Assembly (NCBI GenBank): GCA_018694115.1
Contig: JABHNB010000005.1
Span: 374-64,373 of the forward strand
Direction of reading: 5' to 3'
DNA: 64,000 nucleotides
Source: an archaeon
GTDB lineage: Archaea > Nanobdellota > Nanobdellia > Pacearchaeales > GW2011-AR1
In this document: positions 1-9,866 of the stretch, piece by piece
Numbering within the stretch: the first letter of the stretch is position 1
Layout of the letters: each line of letters starts with the position of its first letter
Position numbers and translations under genes: made by a program
The notes under the pieces: model-generated
The model's database searches: none
Seen by the model: the letters and a program-made list of their open reading frames with translations, nothing else
What the model was told of the DNA's origin: nothing

Positions 1-14
1 ATTGTAAATATTAA

Positions 15-296
15 TTATCTAACAAACTTCCCAATTCTTTGCATTTCTGTAAAAGGAAATGGCCGCTCATTCGTTACAAATGTCATGTATCTTGCAAATC
101 GATAAAGCTCGGTATCCCAATATTCTGAGAACATTGCAATGCCTCTATCTCTCTTGCCGCTGAAAAGAACAATGAACCAATGAATAATCGCAAGAACAAC
201 AATTAATGCTCTCCACACACACAGAATAATTCCGGATATTATCAGGACTAAGATTCTCATCCATGCCTCTTTTTTTTCGACAGCTTTTGTAGCCAT
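15..296 (-). CDS. DUF4389-like small membrane protein
   Basis: Hydrophobic hairpin followed by the RFARYMTFVTNERPFPF tail typical of DUF4389. Confidence 0.7.
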   Translation of the reverse strand: MATKAVEKKEAWMRILVLIISGIILCVWRALIVVLAIIHWFIVLFSGKRDRGIAMFSEYWDTELYRFARYMTFVTNERPFPFTEMQRIGKFVR

Positions 297-389
297 CAAT
301 TCTTTTCGTAAAAAGACTTTATAAAATTAACTTTGGTCTAATCGCCTAATCACAACAATTCTTTTAATCTAACAACCCTCTCGGATTAG

Positions 390-1157
390 ATGGTTAGTGA
401 AAGAAAAATATCTGCGGGGGCTTATGATCTCAACAAATTTCTCTTCGGAGGATACGAAACAGACATAATCACAACCCTCTACGGGCCTGGAGCCTCAGGG
501 AAATCAAATCTTTGCATGCTGGTGGCAGTAAGCCAGGCAAGAAAAGGGAACAAGGTAATATTCATTGACACCGAGGGAGGTTTCTCAATTGATCGAGTGA
601 AACAAATACTTGGAAACAAAAATGGATTAGATGAAACCCTCCAGAATATATTTCTATTAAAACCCACTTCATTCGCAGAACAAGAAAAATCTTTCGAAAC
701 ACTTCTCGATTACGTAAGAAAGGGAAACATCTCACTAATTATTGTCGACAGTATAGCAATGCTTTATCGGTTAGAACTCGGAGACGCAATAAGAAGTGAA
801 ACAACAGAAAATATCCAAGAAGTCAATAGAAAACTTGCAGGACAACTTAGAACGCTTAATGAAATTGCCAGAAAGCAGAATATCCCCGTGGTTGTTACAA
901 ATCAGGTCTATACCCAATTCGTAAGATCTGAAAATCAAGAACAAAACCCGGGACTCTCAAACGATCAACAAAAGTTCGAAAGGAAAGTTTCAATGGTTGG
1001 CGGAGATCTCCTAAAGTATTGGAGTAAATGCATAATCGAACTTCAACATCATCGCGGCAGAAGAAAAATCGTTCTAAGAAAACATCGCTCTCTCCCCGAA
1101 AGAGAACTCCACTTTGAAATAATTCATGAGGGGATTAGGAAAAAGGGATTGTTTTAA
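390..1157 (+). CDS. radB: DNA repair and recombination protein RadB
   Basis: RecA fold without N-terminal domain; Walker A GPGASGKS, IDTEGGFS, IVDSIA, C-terminal KHR motif. Confidence 0.92.
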   Translation: MVSERKISAGAYDLNKFLFGGYETDIITTLYGPGASGKSNLCMLVAVSQARKGNKVIFIDTEGGFSIDRVKQILGNKNGLDETLQNIFLLKPTSFAEQEKSFETLLDYVRKGNISLIIVDSIAMLYRLELGDAIRSETTENIQEVNRKLAGQLRTLNEIARKQNIPVVVTNQVYTQFVRSENQEQNPGLSNDQQKFERKVSMVGGDLLKYWSKCIIELQHHRGRRKIVLRKHRSLPERELHFEIIHEGIRKKGLF

Positions 1158-1214
1158 TCTCTACATATTTCTAACCACACATTTATTTTTAAACAGGATT
1201 TTTATTAAATTATT

Positions 1215-2249
1215 ATGGAATTAAACCCCGATACAGTTGTTTGGGAATACACATTAAAATGTGATTCAGGATGTTTACATTGCGGATCAGATGCCAAAGA
1301 TCCGAGGAAAAACGAACTAGACACTGCAGAGTCTTTAGGACTCGTAGATCAGATAGCCGATTTAGGATTCAGATTAATTGTCCTATCTGGGGGAGAGCCC
1401 ACCCTGAGGCCCGATTGGAAAACAATTGGAGCTAAGGTAAATGAAAGAAATCTTGATTTCGCAATTATAAGTAATACTCTTGCCTGGACTGGAAAAACCA
1501 TTGAAGATCTTGCAAATTTAAATCCGTACTCCATTGGCATAAGTGTGGATGGGGAAGAGAAGACACACGATTACCTTCGTGGACATAAGGGATCTCACAA
1601 AAAGATCTTTGATTCAATAAGGGCGCTAAAAGAAAGAAACCAAACCGTTTGTGCAGTCACAACTGTAAATAATCTCAACTTTAGAGAACTCCAAGACATA
1701 AGGAATCGACTCATTGTTTATGGCGTAGATGCTTGGCAAATCCAAACTGCTTCTCCGATGGGAAGAATGGCAAAACAAGAAAACTTAATTTTGAATTCTC
1801 AAGCGCATTATAAACTTGGGAAATTTGTTGCAGAGACTGCAGAAAGACTCCCCCATATGAATGTTGTTTCAGCAGACTGTCTAGGCTACTTTGGAAAATT
1901 GGGAGAGAGACTGGGGAAGGATAATTGGAGAGGGTGTGGGGCGGGAACATATGGCCTAGGAATCATGTCTGACGGAACTGTTAAGGGATGTTTGTCCATA
2001 TGGCATCCGGATGCAATCGAGGGAAATATTCGGGAAAGGTCCCTAAGGAGGATTTGGGAGGATCCAAACAATTTCGCATATAATCGGAAATTTAAACCGA
2101 GCGACCTTCGGGGAGATTGTGAGGGGTGTGATTTGGGAGACCTATGTAAGGGGGGATGTAATAGCCAGTCTATATCATTTTACTCCGAGTTTCATAACTC
2201 TCCTTACTGTTTTCACAGACATGAGAAAGAATTCCCTAGATCTAAATAA
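1215..2249 (+). CDS. Radical SAM/SPASM domain protein
   Basis: CDSGCLHC (CX3CX2C), SGGEP; SPASM cysteines CGAG...DGTVKGC...CEGC-x5-CKGGC...C. Confidence 0.9.
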   Translation: MELNPDTVVWEYTLKCDSGCLHCGSDAKDPRKNELDTAESLGLVDQIADLGFRLIVLSGGEPTLRPDWKTIGAKVNERNLDFAIISNTLAWTGKTIEDLANLNPYSIGISVDGEEKTHDYLRGHKGSHKKIFDSIRALKERNQTVCAVTTVNNLNFRELQDIRNRLIVYGVDAWQIQTASPMGRMAKQENLILNSQAHYKLGKFVAETAERLPHMNVVSADCLGYFGKLGERLGKDNWRGCGAGTYGLGIMSDGTVKGCLSIWHPDAIEGNIRERSLRRIWEDPNNFAYNRKFKPSDLRGDCEGCDLGDLCKGGCNSQSISFYSEFHNSPYCFHRHEKEFPRSK

Positions 2250-2286
2250 CAATAATCCTTATAAATAAAGAATCATAAACAAATCC

Positions 2287-3276
2287 ATGGCAGCAAGAGT
2301 GATAAAATTGGGGAACCTTCTTCCAGTAATTGAAAATTGCTTGGGAGAACACCAAGTTGATTTAAGGGACGATACAGGAAAAAAACAATCATTCTATCTA
2401 ATTGAAACGAGAACAATGGGAAATCGGGCCTCCGACTTCGAAAGTACTTATGATGGGTTCGAAGATCTAACACCCTTTCACCTAGATCTTGCAGATAAAA
2501 CCTGGGGATCTCGGAGAGGACCTCACGAGCCACAAGTTTATGGAACACTGATTGATACAAGCTTACAATACTCATTCGCATTCAATAGAAGATTCGCAGA
2601 TCTTTCAGAAAATAAAGATCGGCTAGAATTTATGACGCCCGATCAAGTCTTCCTGGACGACACGGGATACGAAGAATCCCAAGGCCCCCAGATCATAATT
2701 CCTGTAGAAGAGAATGAAGAACCTACTCATTTTGATAGTTTCCAAGATATGCAAATAAGATATTCTCTTCAAGGAGCAAAGAGAAGGAAATTTAGTGGCC
2801 CAATCAGCTTTGAAAGGAATTCATTACTTGGACGCGTAAAGGATTGTATAGCACTGGGCCCAATGGTAGAAATGCCACAAATGCCACAAACTAGTGGGGC
2901 ATATTCCCTTCTAAAAGTAGACTACGAAACGCCCACACTTAACGATCTTTTGATGACTTATCCGGAAGGATTAAGCAGATTCCAACTTGAACTAGCAGAG
3001 AAGACTCTTGGAGGAAAAACAGCAAATAATTCCTATTTTATTTTAATTGACGACCAGTTAAGGATGAGATTTGCAGCTAACGAGCTCTTTACCAATCATG
3101 ATCCAAGAAATGGAGAGATCACATTTTTAAGTCCGGAAGATGCTCTTCTCCAGTTCGGAAAAGACCTTTCAGAAAAGCCTGCTGATCCAGTACCTCCAAA
3201 AAAGCCAGTAAGGCGTAGGCCGGGAAGAAGGCCGATGACGTTTAGATACTCTCTGGCCGGAAAGAAGCAGGATTAA
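2287..3276 (+). CDS. hypothetical protein
   Basis: 329-aa ORF with upstream TATA-like box (ttataaat); no recognised motif. Confidence 0.7.
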   Translation: MAARVIKLGNLLPVIENCLGEHQVDLRDDTGKKQSFYLIETRTMGNRASDFESTYDGFEDLTPFHLDLADKTWGSRRGPHEPQVYGTLIDTSLQYSFAFNRRFADLSENKDRLEFMTPDQVFLDDTGYEESQGPQIIIPVEENEEPTHFDSFQDMQIRYSLQGAKRRKFSGPISFERNSLLGRVKDCIALGPMVEMPQMPQTSGAYSLLKVDYETPTLNDLLMTYPEGLSRFQLELAEKTLGGKTANNSYFILIDDQLRMRFAANELFTNHDPRNGEITFLSPEDALLQFGKDLSEKPADPVPPKKPVRRRPGRRPMTFRYSLAGKKQD

Positions 3277-3343
3277 TTTTTTAGTATACGCAAATTTATC
3301 TAATCCAAGAGATATAATAACTAATATGTTTAGAAACATTAAA

Positions 3344-3559
3344 TTACAACTCTACGGGCTTAAACGCTGCTGCCCTTCTACGATCTAATTTTTCCTGAGT
3401 CAAAATCTTTCCCATATAAATTCTAACTGGCATTCCTGGACGCCAGCCCATCGGGCCTGCAGTCTGTCTATAAATTTCACTACGTTCACTAGGGGATGAA
3501 TTTTCCGGATGCGGAAAATCAACATCAATCATCTTTCTCCAATCATCACATATTGCCAT
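3344..3559 (-). CDS. small hypothetical protein
   Basis: 71-aa ATG ORF preceded by GGAG, downstream of topA. Confidence 0.6.
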   Translation of the reverse strand: MAICDDWRKMIDVDFPHPENSSPSERSEIYRQTAGPMGWRPGMPVRIYMGKILTQEKLDRRRAAAFKPVEL

Positions 3560-3589
3560 AACTCCTAAAAAATTCCTGCCTTTATATTG

Positions 3590-5860
3590 CTATTCTTTTT
3601 TCTTGCTCGCCTTCTTCTTAGCCTTCTTCACACCACTTTTCTTTTTCACAGATTTCTTCTTCACTTTCTTCTTCTTAGTATGATCAATAACCTTTCCACC
3701 TTCACCAATCTCAATTTCTCCAGAAGCTAACTTCTTCTTGAACTCTTCTTTCTTCTTTGTCAACTCTTCATTTGTGGAACATTCTGGATTAAAACAAAAC
3801 TTCCATGGCGATCGCCCTTTTTGAAAAGACATTACGAGTGGAAATCCACATTCTTCACACATCTCTAAGGCATCTTCTTCCTTGCCTGCCTCTTCAGCAG
3901 CTTTCTTAGACATTCTAGCTGGCTTCATCAATCCTCGCGGAGGCAATGAATAAATATTTTTACATTCAGGGTAAGCATCACATGAGACAAAATATCTGCT
4001 AAACCGCTTTCCATACATAACTCTCAAGTTTCCTTTCTTACACTTTGGACATTGAGTCATTGTATTCTCTTCTCTCTCCTGCTCATTGACAATTGCATTC
4101 GCATCAGCAAGTGACTTTCCCATAGCCTCGAGATTCTTAGTCATTCCCTCTGCAATCTTACTAATCGATTTCTTTGCCTTATCCAATATCTTCTGTTCTT
4201 TTTTCTCTAAATCTTTGTCTGAAACTTCTATTTTTTCAAGTTCCTTTGTCATTTCTCCAGTAAGCTCCTCATCAAGAATAATCGGAGAAAATTTCTCAAG
4301 AGTTTCAGCCATTCGCATACCCAGTTCAGTTACTTCAATTGCCCTGCCTTTTGCATAACCCCTCGTAAAGAGAGTTTCAACAATTCCTGCCCGGGTAGCT
4401 TTAGTTCCCAAATTCTTTTTCTCTAAATTCTTAACAAGAGAAGCTGCAGAATATCTTCTTGGAGGTTTTGTTTGCTTCTCTTCGGTCCTGATTTCTAGTA
4501 CATCAACTTCCCCATCCATTGTTGGAACTTCACTTTCCTTAATTGATGTTGGATAAACATTCATCCAACCTTTGTCCTTGATCTGAACTCCCCTAGCCCC
4601 AAACTTCAATCCCCCAACATCTATCTTTACATTCTTATTCTCAACCTTAGCCGAATCACAGAAACACGAAATAAACCGCTTTACAATCAAATCATAAATC
4701 TTCTTATCTCTCTCAGGAACTTTCTTCGCTTCGCCGGTCGGATAAATAGCGGGATGTGCCGGATCTTCTTTCTTACCTTCGGTAGGTTTCTTATTCTTAG
4801 CATACTTAACAACCGTAGTATATTTCTTCAATTTCTTCAAAATTTTATCATATCCAATCGCAGCAGGATATTTCTGGCTTGAGGTTCTTGGATAAGAGAT
4901 TGCTCCTGCAAGATAAAGGTTCTGAGCCGCCCGAAGAGTCTGGGTAGGTGTAGTTCCGCAATATTTGTAAGCTTCAGTCTGTAATGTGGTTAGATCAAAT
5001 GGCGTTGGGGCAGGAACATCCTCAACCTTTATGATGGTAGTCGCAGTTCCACTCTTTCCCTTAAGATGCTTGAATCTAAGTAACTCAGATTGCTTGAAGA
5101 TATCCTTTGGATATTTTACCTCAAGTCTTTTCCCTTTAATATTCTTAACTTGAAGAAAAATCTGCCAATAAGGTTCTGGCTCAAATGCCTGAATCTCTCT
5201 TTCTCGATCAACAACAATCTTTAACGCAGGACCTTGTACCCTTCCAATAGACAAAATCCTAAATGCTCCCGCCTTAGCAATAGCCTTCATTAATCCTCTA
5301 GAAAGATTAATTCCATAGAACCAATCCAAATAGTGCCGTGTCTCTCCTGCAATGGCCGCACCCCAATTAAGTGTTGGAATCAAATTTTCAAATGATTCTT
5401 CAAGAGCTTCCTTTGTAAGGGAAGAAAACTTCATTCGCTTAGCCACTTTCTCATACTTCTTTCCAAGAACGAATCGCACGACATTCCACCCAATTACTTC
5501 CCCTTCAACATCAAAGTCCGTAGCGACGATCGCTTCATCAACTTCTTTAGCAAGTCGTTTCAATGTTTGTAAATATCGCTTTGTATGTGCGGACCGCTTC
5601 TTGTTAAATGAAGGTTTCCATTCAACCTCAAAGTTAGGAAATGGCCCCCTGAGCGCAATTTGCTGAATCCCAAACAGATGTCCAACAGCACACCCAATGA
5701 TATATCTCCGCCCTTTCTTAAAAAACTCATAATATGCAACGCCTTCCTTGCTTGTAAGCTTCTCATCAGTCGCATCAGATAATGCAGCAGCTATCTTCGC
5801 CGCAGCCGCAGGCTTCTCACAGATGATCAGTGTAGCATTACGCTCTTTTTTAACTACCAT
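3590..5860 (-). CDS. topA: DNA topoisomerase I (type IA)
   Basis: TOPRIM EKP and ATDFDVEGE, SIGRVQ, catalytic ISYPRT, C-terminal Zn ribbons, Lys-rich tail. Confidence 0.96.
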   Translation of the reverse strand: MVVKKERNATLIICEKPAAAAKIAAALSDATDEKLTSKEGVAYYEFFKKGRRYIIGCAVGHLFGIQQIALRGPFPNFEVEWKPSFNKKRSAHTKRYLQTLKRLAKEVDEAIVATDFDVEGEVIGWNVVRFVLGKKYEKVAKRMKFSSLTKEALEESFENLIPTLNWGAAIAGETRHYLDWFYGINLSRGLMKAIAKAGAFRILSIGRVQGPALKIVVDREREIQAFEPEPYWQIFLQVKNIKGKRLEVKYPKDIFKQSELLRFKHLKGKSGTATTIIKVEDVPAPTPFDLTTLQTEAYKYCGTTPTQTLRAAQNLYLAGAISYPRTSSQKYPAAIGYDKILKKLKKYTTVVKYAKNKKPTEGKKEDPAHPAIYPTGEAKKVPERDKKIYDLIVKRFISCFCDSAKVENKNVKIDVGGLKFGARGVQIKDKGWMNVYPTSIKESEVPTMDGEVDVLEIRTEEKQTKPPRRYSAASLVKNLEKKNLGTKATRAGIVETLFTRGYAKGRAIEVTELGMRMAETLEKFSPIILDEELTGEMTKELEKIEVSDKDLEKKEQKILDKAKKSISKIAEGMTKNLEAMGKSLADANAIVNEQEREENTMTQCPKCKKGNLRVMYGKRFSRYFVSCDAYPECKNIYSLPPRGLMKPARMSKKAAEEAGKEEDALEMCEECGFPLVMSFQKGRSPWKFCFNPECSTNEELTKKKEEFKKKLASGEIEIGEGGKVIDHTKKKKVKKKSVKKKSGVKKAKKKASKKKE

Positions 5861-5935
5861 TAGAATACAAGATTAACGGACTTTTTATATTTTGGCAGAA
5901 TAAACGAGCACAACAATCTTTATAATTCTCCCAAA

Positions 5936-6550
5936 ATGGCTATTTATATGGAATATGAACTTGGAAGGAATTGCCACCTGTTTCATTCGTTAATGGGGAA
6001 CCATCCAAATGAATTTTCAAGGTTAATGAGACAAAAACACGGGAGAGACCCAGATTCTGAGAAATTTATTAATTTCTACCGAAGCGGAAATTCGGTTGAA
6101 GAATTAGAAGAAAGTCTTGGATTGGATGTACGGGAAATTATGTGCTGTATTTCAAAAACCGATCCAGCAGTATTTTATCACCGGCCATATGGTTTAATCC
6201 TTTCTGGCGAAGTCAAAGTCATGTTTGATAATGATTCGGGGCTAAGCATGATGCCTGATGGAACATATCCCCATGAATCTAAATATGATTTTGTAAGGGA
6301 ATCTGATTTACAAACACTTATGACCTCCTGGTATTCCAAATTTCCAGAATCCGGACAATTTATCTGGAATGAAGCAGTACTTGGAAAAAATTCCAAAATA
6401 GTTGGGGCATTTCATGATCCTTCATTTGACCCAAACTCCATGAGGTGTGCAGGAAGTTGTACACTCAAGGAACAAGAGTACCCAAAATTTCTAGAGAAAG
6501 TAAAACGGGTAGGGTTAAGATTACGAGAAATAGCTGTCAAACCCAAATAA
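5936..6550 (+). CDS. hypothetical protein (weak ADP-ribosyltransferase-fold-like motif order)
   Basis: 204-aa ORF with own TATA-like box; LFHS...CCIS...YGLIL...WNEAV. Confidence 0.6.
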   Translation: MAIYMEYELGRNCHLFHSLMGNHPNEFSRLMRQKHGRDPDSEKFINFYRSGNSVEELEESLGLDVREIMCCISKTDPAVFYHRPYGLILSGEVKVMFDNDSGLSMMPDGTYPHESKYDFVRESDLQTLMTSWYSKFPESGQFIWNEAVLGKNSKIVGAFHDPSFDPNSMRCAGSCTLKEQEYPKFLEKVKRVGLRLREIAVKPK

Positions 6551-6553
6551 GTT

Positions 6554-7393
6554 TTATTTTAACTTCCCAATCTCTTCTAATCGTTTCTCACTTCCAATCG
6601 CCCCAGAAAACATCTTCCAAAAAATCTTAGAGAGCCATTCTCCCCAACTTTTCTCTTTAATTGTATAGAAGATAAAAGTCTTTTTTGCCAATTCAGATTT
6701 CCGGCCCGTTGGTTCCTTAACTTCCTTAAGATTGATCACTTTTCCATCGATAACCGTAGCTCTCAAGGGTTGTTTCCTATGCCTAATTTCTATCAATTCC
6801 TTGCCATGCTTGAAATTCAGGGATAACATCTTCCTAATATTCTCCTTACCTATAAGGTCAACACGGCAGATAACTTTTATTGAGATTCCCTTTTTTACAA
6901 GTTCTTCAACAACATCAAACAGATTTATTTTCCCATCATTATAATAAATAAAAGATAGGTTTCCAGAGAAAAACAACACTTGTTTTTTTGCTCCCAATAA
7001 TAGATCTTTAAATTTTGTAAGTCTTCCTGCGGTCACTTCATTTTTTGCTTCCCGGGTCCAAACTTCCTTTTTCTTATCCTCCACATGTTGGAAAATATCA
7101 AATGCCTCAAAGTGTTTTTTCTCTTGCCCTACCATTATCTGTGCCTCTAACCTCTCCTGAAATACTGAACTACTTACCTTCTCAACACTTGACCAATAAA
7201 CTATTTTTAGGGCTCCTCGTGTCCCTTCTCTGAACGTCCGCATTGCCAATGTCCCAAATTCCTTAGAAATCTCCTGAATATATCTGTCTGCGGTTCGCCA
7301 GTTCTTATTAATGTGCTGAGCAATTTCCTGAATTGATCGCGGCCTAGCATAAACAAAATCTTCAATCTTTGTTACAACTTCGGAACTTAGCAT
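6554..7393 (-). CDS. Putative transcriptional regulator (N-terminal winged HTH plus TrmB/PLD-like effector domain)
   Basis: PRSIQEIAQHINKNWRTADRYI HTH; C-terminal AKKQVLFFSG...GISIKVI...LRATVIDGK pattern. Confidence 0.7.
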   Translation of the reverse strand: MLSSEVVTKIEDFVYARPRSIQEIAQHINKNWRTADRYIQEISKEFGTLAMRTFREGTRGALKIVYWSSVEKVSSSVFQERLEAQIMVGQEKKHFEAFDIFQHVEDKKKEVWTREAKNEVTAGRLTKFKDLLLGAKKQVLFFSGNLSFIYYNDGKINLFDVVEELVKKGISIKVICRVDLIGKENIRKMLSLNFKHGKELIEIRHRKQPLRATVIDGKVINLKEVKEPTGRKSELAKKTFIFYTIKEKSWGEWLSKIFWKMFSGAIGSEKRLEEIGKLK

Positions 7394-7489
7394 AGAAACA
7401 ACAATAACAACCCATATTTAAGCCTATGCAACACTGCGGACAAAAAATGGTCAGTAAATGTCATTAAGAATACAACTCTTAAGATATAT

Positions 7490-8023
7490 ATGAGAAAGAT
7501 GGTATTAACGGGGGGTGCTTGCTCAGGCAAAACGACTCTCGTCAATGAATTAAAGAGAAGAGGTTATAATGTTCTTGAAGAAGTGGCTCGGCAAGTTCTT
7601 GAGGAACTTGGAACGCCCTCAAATTTAGATGAATGGGCTGCCCTTGAAAGCGAGATTTATCAAAGACAGGTTTCAAATGAAGAAAGGGTTGATCGACAAT
7701 CGGGTCTCGTATTTCTAGATAGGGGAATTGGAGATATAGATGCTTACATGAGACATCACTTCGACCAACCATCAATTGATGTCACAAAGGCAAAGATCCA
7801 TAGATATGATTCCATTTTTTTACTTGAGAGGCTACCCTTCGAAGATGATGGTCTTAGGGTGGAGGTCGGAGATGATGAAGCCAGCGAAATTCATCAGAAA
7901 ATAATCGACTCATATCATTCTATGGGCTACACTACTATTCAAATCCCTTCATTCGATGCCCCAAAAGACGTCGCAATTAAACAACGAGCAGATCTAATAC
8001 TCGAATACCTTAACAATGGTTGA
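7490..8023 (+). CDS. NadR/AAA_28-type P-loop kinase/ATPase
   Basis: LTGGACSGKTT, EEVAR, FLDRG, YDSIFLL. Confidence 0.85.
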   Translation: MRKMVLTGGACSGKTTLVNELKRRGYNVLEEVARQVLEELGTPSNLDEWAALESEIYQRQVSNEERVDRQSGLVFLDRGIGDIDAYMRHHFDQPSIDVTKAKIHRYDSIFLLERLPFEDDGLRVEVGDDEASEIHQKIIDSYHSMGYTTIQIPSFDAPKDVAIKQRADLILEYLNNG

Positions 8024-8495
8024 AATAGAAGCAAAAATAAAATTAAGTGAAGGGGAATTTCAAAGAATATTCCAAATCCTAGGAAAACCAGATTTCCGAA
8101 AACAAAAAAATGCAATTTATCAAATTGGAGAAACCTTTTTCAGAATAAGGGACCAAGAAAATAAAACTTTTATTACATTTAAAGGAAAAAGACAAGATAA
8201 GAAACTTAATTGTAGAGAAGAAATAGAATTTTCAATTAGTCCTAACGACCATGTAGAAGATTTTTTCCTTGCATTAGGCTTTTCGAATCCATTCGTGTAT
8301 GTGAAAAAAAGGGCGGACGTAAAATTTAACGATTGTATTGTCTGTCTAGACATACTCTCCGAAAATGGGTTCTATGTCGAGGTAGAAGGGGATGAGCAGG
8401 CAGTTAACGAGACACTCCAAAAATTAAATCTGGTTGAAAAACCAATTGAATGTAGATCTTATCAAGAAATCTTACAAAATGAAAACAGAATATAA
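8016..8495 (+). CDS. CYTH domain protein (class IV adenylate cyclase/triphosphatase family)
   Basis: EIEAK (ExExK), FRIR, ITFKG, REEIE, YVKKR, YVEVE, RSY. Confidence 0.88.
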   Translation: MVEIEAKIKLSEGEFQRIFQILGKPDFRKQKNAIYQIGETFFRIRDQENKTFITFKGKRQDKKLNCREEIEFSISPNDHVEDFFLALGFSNPFVYVKKRADVKFNDCIVCLDILSENGFYVEVEGDEQAVNETLQKLNLVEKPIECRSYQEILQNENRI

Positions 8496-9000
8496 CTTCC
8501 TATCAAAATATATAGAAAAAAAGAGAAAAACCCTTAGGGATTTAGAAAAAGAAATTGAGATCCTAGAAAGCGCAGATAGTTCAGTTACTATTGAAACTCT
8601 AGCGCCAGGACATGAAAGATTAATTTCAAACGATTATTCCCTGGCAACAGATTTTAAGATTAAAAAAAGAAGCGAAGATCTTGAAGACGTAAGTGGCTAT
8701 TCTGGAGGATACAGGACTTGTAAAACAGATTACTTCCCACAGTTCTTTTTCTATATTGGGGATGAAGGGCAAAGACAAGTTGATATTCGGCAGGATGGTT
8801 TTGAAAAAGATGAAAGAGTAGTTTTGAGAAGTATAACTGTTACAAATGCTTGGAAAGACTATTCGGATAGGGCTAAAATGCAAGAAAATCCTGTAGACGT
8901 CGAAGCGACCTTGGAATTTTTCAAACAGCGAGGGGTTAACGAAGAACTTTTAGAAAAATTAAATAGAAGAATCGAAGAGTGGCAGGAGATTGGATTCTAA
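8479..9000 (+). CDS. hypothetical protein (resembles 13802..14491)
   Basis: ATG at 8479 overlaps CYTH end; stop overlaps next ATG (TAATG). Confidence 0.7.
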   Translation: MKTEYNFLSKYIEKKRKTLRDLEKEIEILESADSSVTIETLAPGHERLISNDYSLATDFKIKKRSEDLEDVSGYSGGYRTCKTDYFPQFFFYIGDEGQRQVDIRQDGFEKDERVVLRSITVTNAWKDYSDRAKMQENPVDVEATLEFFKQRGVNEELLEKLNRRIEEWQEIGF

Positions 9001-9866
9001 TGGCATGCATTGAAAAAATATACAGTGTATCGGCACTAATCGGAAACGGTTCATGTAATGCTAATTGTGATTTTTGCGCAGGAAAGTACCTCCGGCCAGA
9101 AGCAGAGGAGAACAAAGATCATTCACGAAGTCTAGAGGCAGCAATTAAACTTTCTGCTCGTTATGGTGGGTGGTCACTATCTTTAACTTCCAGCGGAGAG
9201 CCAACATGTGACCCCGATTCATTAACAAGGGCTCTAGAAGTCTACAAAAAATGCGCGGATCAGGGAGCATACTTCCCCAATGTAAATCTCTTCACAAACG
9301 GTATCTTATTTGCGGACGATAATTTTTGTGATGAATATCTCGATTCTTGGAGAGATTTAGGATTAAATAATGTGGCAATCTCGCTCCATGGAGTTACTGA
9401 AGAAGAACAAGCCAAAGCATATAATTTAGAAAGTTACCCAAGTCTAGAAAAGATTACTGGAAATATTCGGGATCACGGACTCGGAGTTAGGGGAACACTC
9501 CTTCTAAGAAAGGGCGGAGTTGACAGTTCCAAAAAATATCAAGATGCAATACACACACTAATCGATAAAGGGATTGACAACATCACCTCATGGCCTGTAG
9601 GAAATCCAGATGGTTCAAGAAATGAGTTCAGCCCATCAAGATTAGGTCAATTAGGAATAAAAACTTGGCTATGGCGTAACGCCAAGAAATGCCATGGTCA
9701 TGTCTGGGGCGGAGGAGTCTATGACTACAAGGGAAATATCCTGAGGATAACAGATTATGTTACCAAACACGATCCCAAAAAAGATTTCGTAAGACAACTA
9801 GTCGTCTTTCAGGATAGCACTGTAGCTTACTCATGGATAAGGGACGGAGCACTATGTATGAAGTAA
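9000..9866 (+). CDS. Radical SAM protein (copy 1 of tandem pair)
   Basis: CNANCDFC, SSGEPT, LFTNG, AISLH; ATG at 9000. Confidence 0.9.
   Translation: MACIEKIYSVSALIGNGSCNANCDFCAGKYLRPEAEENKDHSRSLEAAIKLSARYGGWSLSLTSSGEPTCDPDSLTRALEVYKKCADQGAYFPNVNLFTNGILFADDNFCDEYLDSWRDLGLNNVAISLHGVTEEEQAKAYNLESYPSLEKITGNIRDHGLGVRGTLLLRKGGVDSSKKYQDAIHTLIDKGIDNITSWPVGNPDGSRNEFSPSRLGQLGIKTWLWRNAKKCHGHVWGGGVYDYKGNILRITDYVTKHDPKKDFVRQLVVFQDSTVAYSWIRDGALCMK

Noticed and set aside
3344..3559. Small ORF as precursor peptide for the SPASM enzyme
   Set aside because: Opposite strand, follows topA, and has no leader/core or Cys-rich pattern
3590..3680. Poly-Lys low-complexity tail of TopA
   Set aside because: Basic C-terminal tails are common in type IA topoisomerases
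7394..7489. Operator for the divergent regulator (GTCA repeats, TCTTAAGA)
   Set aside because: Elements are too short to distinguish from chance or from the TATA box itself
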